Source: a virus (taxonomy: Duplodnaviria; Caudoviricetes). Taken from it: 55,647 nt of DNA. Shown piece by piece: positions 54,291 to 55,647 of this stretch. Each line of letters begins with the position of its first letter. Position 1 is the first letter of the stretch. Both the position numbers and the translations under genes were made by a program. The DNA lies in IMG/VR virus record IMGVR_UViG_3300037516_001048, positions 1 to 55,647 of that record. One strand, 5' to 3'. Under the pieces are notes generated by a model. That model searched no databases, was not told the DNA's origin, and saw nothing but the letters and a program-made list of their open reading frames with translations.

Positions 54291-55345
54291 TTTAGGGTGA
54301 GTTCGGGTTGATTGGTTGACCCCGTAACGGGGACGATGAGAGCCGTGAGCCAGGCCTCCAGCCGGTGGTGCCAGAGGGTGCCCCACCGCAGGGCCTCCGC
54401 CTCCTCACCCACCCGGCGGATGGGGTTCTCGTAGAGATGGTAGTGCAGCCGTGGACAGCACCGGTACGCCTTCATCCGGCTGTTGGTGAGCAGTTGCCGA
54501 CCGCTGCCGTCATCCTGCATATTCAATTCAGCGTGAGCCTGCGGGACCGTCGCATACAGGTCCGAGTCCGCCGGCACCGTGCCCGCGCATTTCTCCCAAA
54601 ACTGGCACCGGCTCCATGCATCGCAGTGGGAGGGATTCCGGGGCCACAGGTTCTTCTGCCGAGCGTAGAGCAACTGCTGCCCCACCGCCCACGAATCTGC
54701 CATGTACTCCTCCAGATCATTCGCCAGCCGGGGAATCTCCCGAGCTTGGAAATATTTGGCAGGTTCCGCCCGCATCACCTCCGCCACCCGGTCCCCGTAT
54801 TCCTCCGCCGTCTCCGGCCGGGTTTGCAGAGTGAACCCCTGCGCCGTGTCCCCGCTCTCCCGCCATTTCTTGCCGTCCTTGGTCCGCTGCCGGACGCCTT
54901 CCGCATCATGCACGATCTTCACTCCGGCCTCATCCGTCAGCGGCACCCCGGCTGGGCGGCACCCCGGTTTTCTGGTGACATCGTAGAATATAGGACCAAT
55001 CCCTGATTCCGGATGCAGTACCTGTGACGCGATCACATACTTGCTGATCTGCGTGTCCATCTTCAGGGCCGGCCAGTAATCCGAGCCCGGTGCGATGTCG
55101 CCCGCCGTCGTCTTGTGCTCGCCCACCGAGATCAGGCCGGTGGTCTTGTGCCGCAGCAACAGGTCGATCTTCCCGGCCTCCACGAAACTGCGGGACTCCC
55201 CGCCCGTCTCCGGGTTCTTGAGGCTGAACGCGAACTCCTGTTCGACCGCAACCACTTCGTAGGTCCGCCGGATGTATTCGCCCGTGGTGGCGACCCAGCG
55301 AGGGAATTGAGCGGCAATCGCCGCAAGGATGTATTCGTCTTCCAT
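54287..55345 (-). CDS. PD-(D/E)XK exonuclease (Cas4/AddB-like), circularly permuted
   Basis: VEQEF...GKIDLL...EHKT...QISKY and C-x5-C-x5-C; the normally N-terminal LTNSRM..YRCCPR...GTLWH motif is at the C-terminus. Confidence 0.85.
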   Translation of the reverse strand: MEDEYILAAIAAQFPRWVATTGEYIRRTYEVVAVEQEFAFSLKNPETGGESRSFVEAGKIDLLLRHKTTGLISVGEHKTTAGDIAPGSDYWPALKMDTQISKYVIASQVLHPESGIGPIFYDVTRKPGCRPAGVPLTDEAGVKIVHDAEGVRQRTKDGKKWRESGDTAQGFTLQTRPETAEEYGDRVAEVMRAEPAKYFQAREIPRLANDLEEYMADSWAVGQQLLYARQKNLWPRNPSHCDAWSRCQFWEKCAGTVPADSDLYATVPQAHAELNMQDDGSGRQLLTNSRMKAYRCCPRLHYHLYENPIRRVGEEAEALRWGTLWHHRLEAWLTALIVPVTGSTNQPELTLK

Positions 55346-55440
55346 GTGTCAGTTTTGGGTTTGAGTCGAGGGGGGTGGAGTTTCTGTTGGCTTCTCGCGG
55401 ACGATGGGACCGTTCCCGCCGCCGCCTGGTTTCCAGTCGC

Positions 55441-55581
55441 CTACCATATTGTGACGAGAGTCACAAAACTCCCCCACGTCCCCGCCGAGGCAATGATGAG
55501 GGCCAACTGGAACCGGGTCAGGGCCACCCGGCGGGGGCACCGGCAGTGGTCGGGGAAGAATATTTTGTTTTGTGTTTTCAT
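55441..55581 (-). CDS. small hydrophobic hypothetical protein (46 aa)
   Basis: MKTQNKIFF...LALIIASAGTWGSFVTLVTIW*; follows the promoter at 55590-55618. Confidence 0.4.
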   Translation of the reverse strand: MKTQNKIFFPDHCRCPRRVALTRFQLALIIASAGTWGSFVTLVTIW

Positions 55582-55589
55582 GAGTGGTT

Positions 55590-55618
55590 GCAGTACGCCG
55601 TAAGCACTTATATTGCAA
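55590..55618 (-). promoter_or_regulatory. promoter for the replication/recombination operon (TTGCAA-N17-TACTGC)
   Basis: Shares GCTTACGGCGTA exactly with the 8841 promoter. Confidence 0.5.
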
Positions 55619-55647
55619 GAAAAATAGTTGGATCATTTTTTGTTAGA

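Noticed and set aside
1-55647. Stop-codon recoding, DGR/retron reverse transcriptase, canonical tRNA genes, DNA polymerase
   Set aside because: Genes are intact under the standard code, and I recognised no such motifs by eye.

Overview
The window is most of a GC-rich tailed dsDNA phage genome, probably podovirus-like. It carries a large terminase, a P22/N4-style portal, scaffold, a DUF4043/N4-gp56-like major capsid protein, tail/fibre and lysis genes, a serine resolvase and many small early genes. The replication/recombination module has a primase-helicase, SF2 helicase, Sak4-like ATPase, SSB-like protein, PD-(D/E)XK exonuclease and a ParB-like protein; no DNA polymerase is visible. A 5747-aa DarB-like polyvalent protein (13702-30945, minus) contains ddrB-type ParB, Zeta-like kinase, N6-adenine methyltransferase, SNF2 helicase and a possible ART-like domain. 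The most striking signal is three small protein-like ORFs nested in the +1 frame of that gene's linkers. One has its own sigma70-type promoter and one carries a CRNHGxCPWC motif. Other notable items are a circularly permuted Cas4/AddB-like exonuclease, an intact plus apparently dead resolvase pair, a tRNA-like RNA with an extended anticodon arm, a second structured RNA, a dispersed 17-bp palindrome and a GGCAAAGTTG late-promoter motif. Family calls come from motif recognition by eye; no database search was run.
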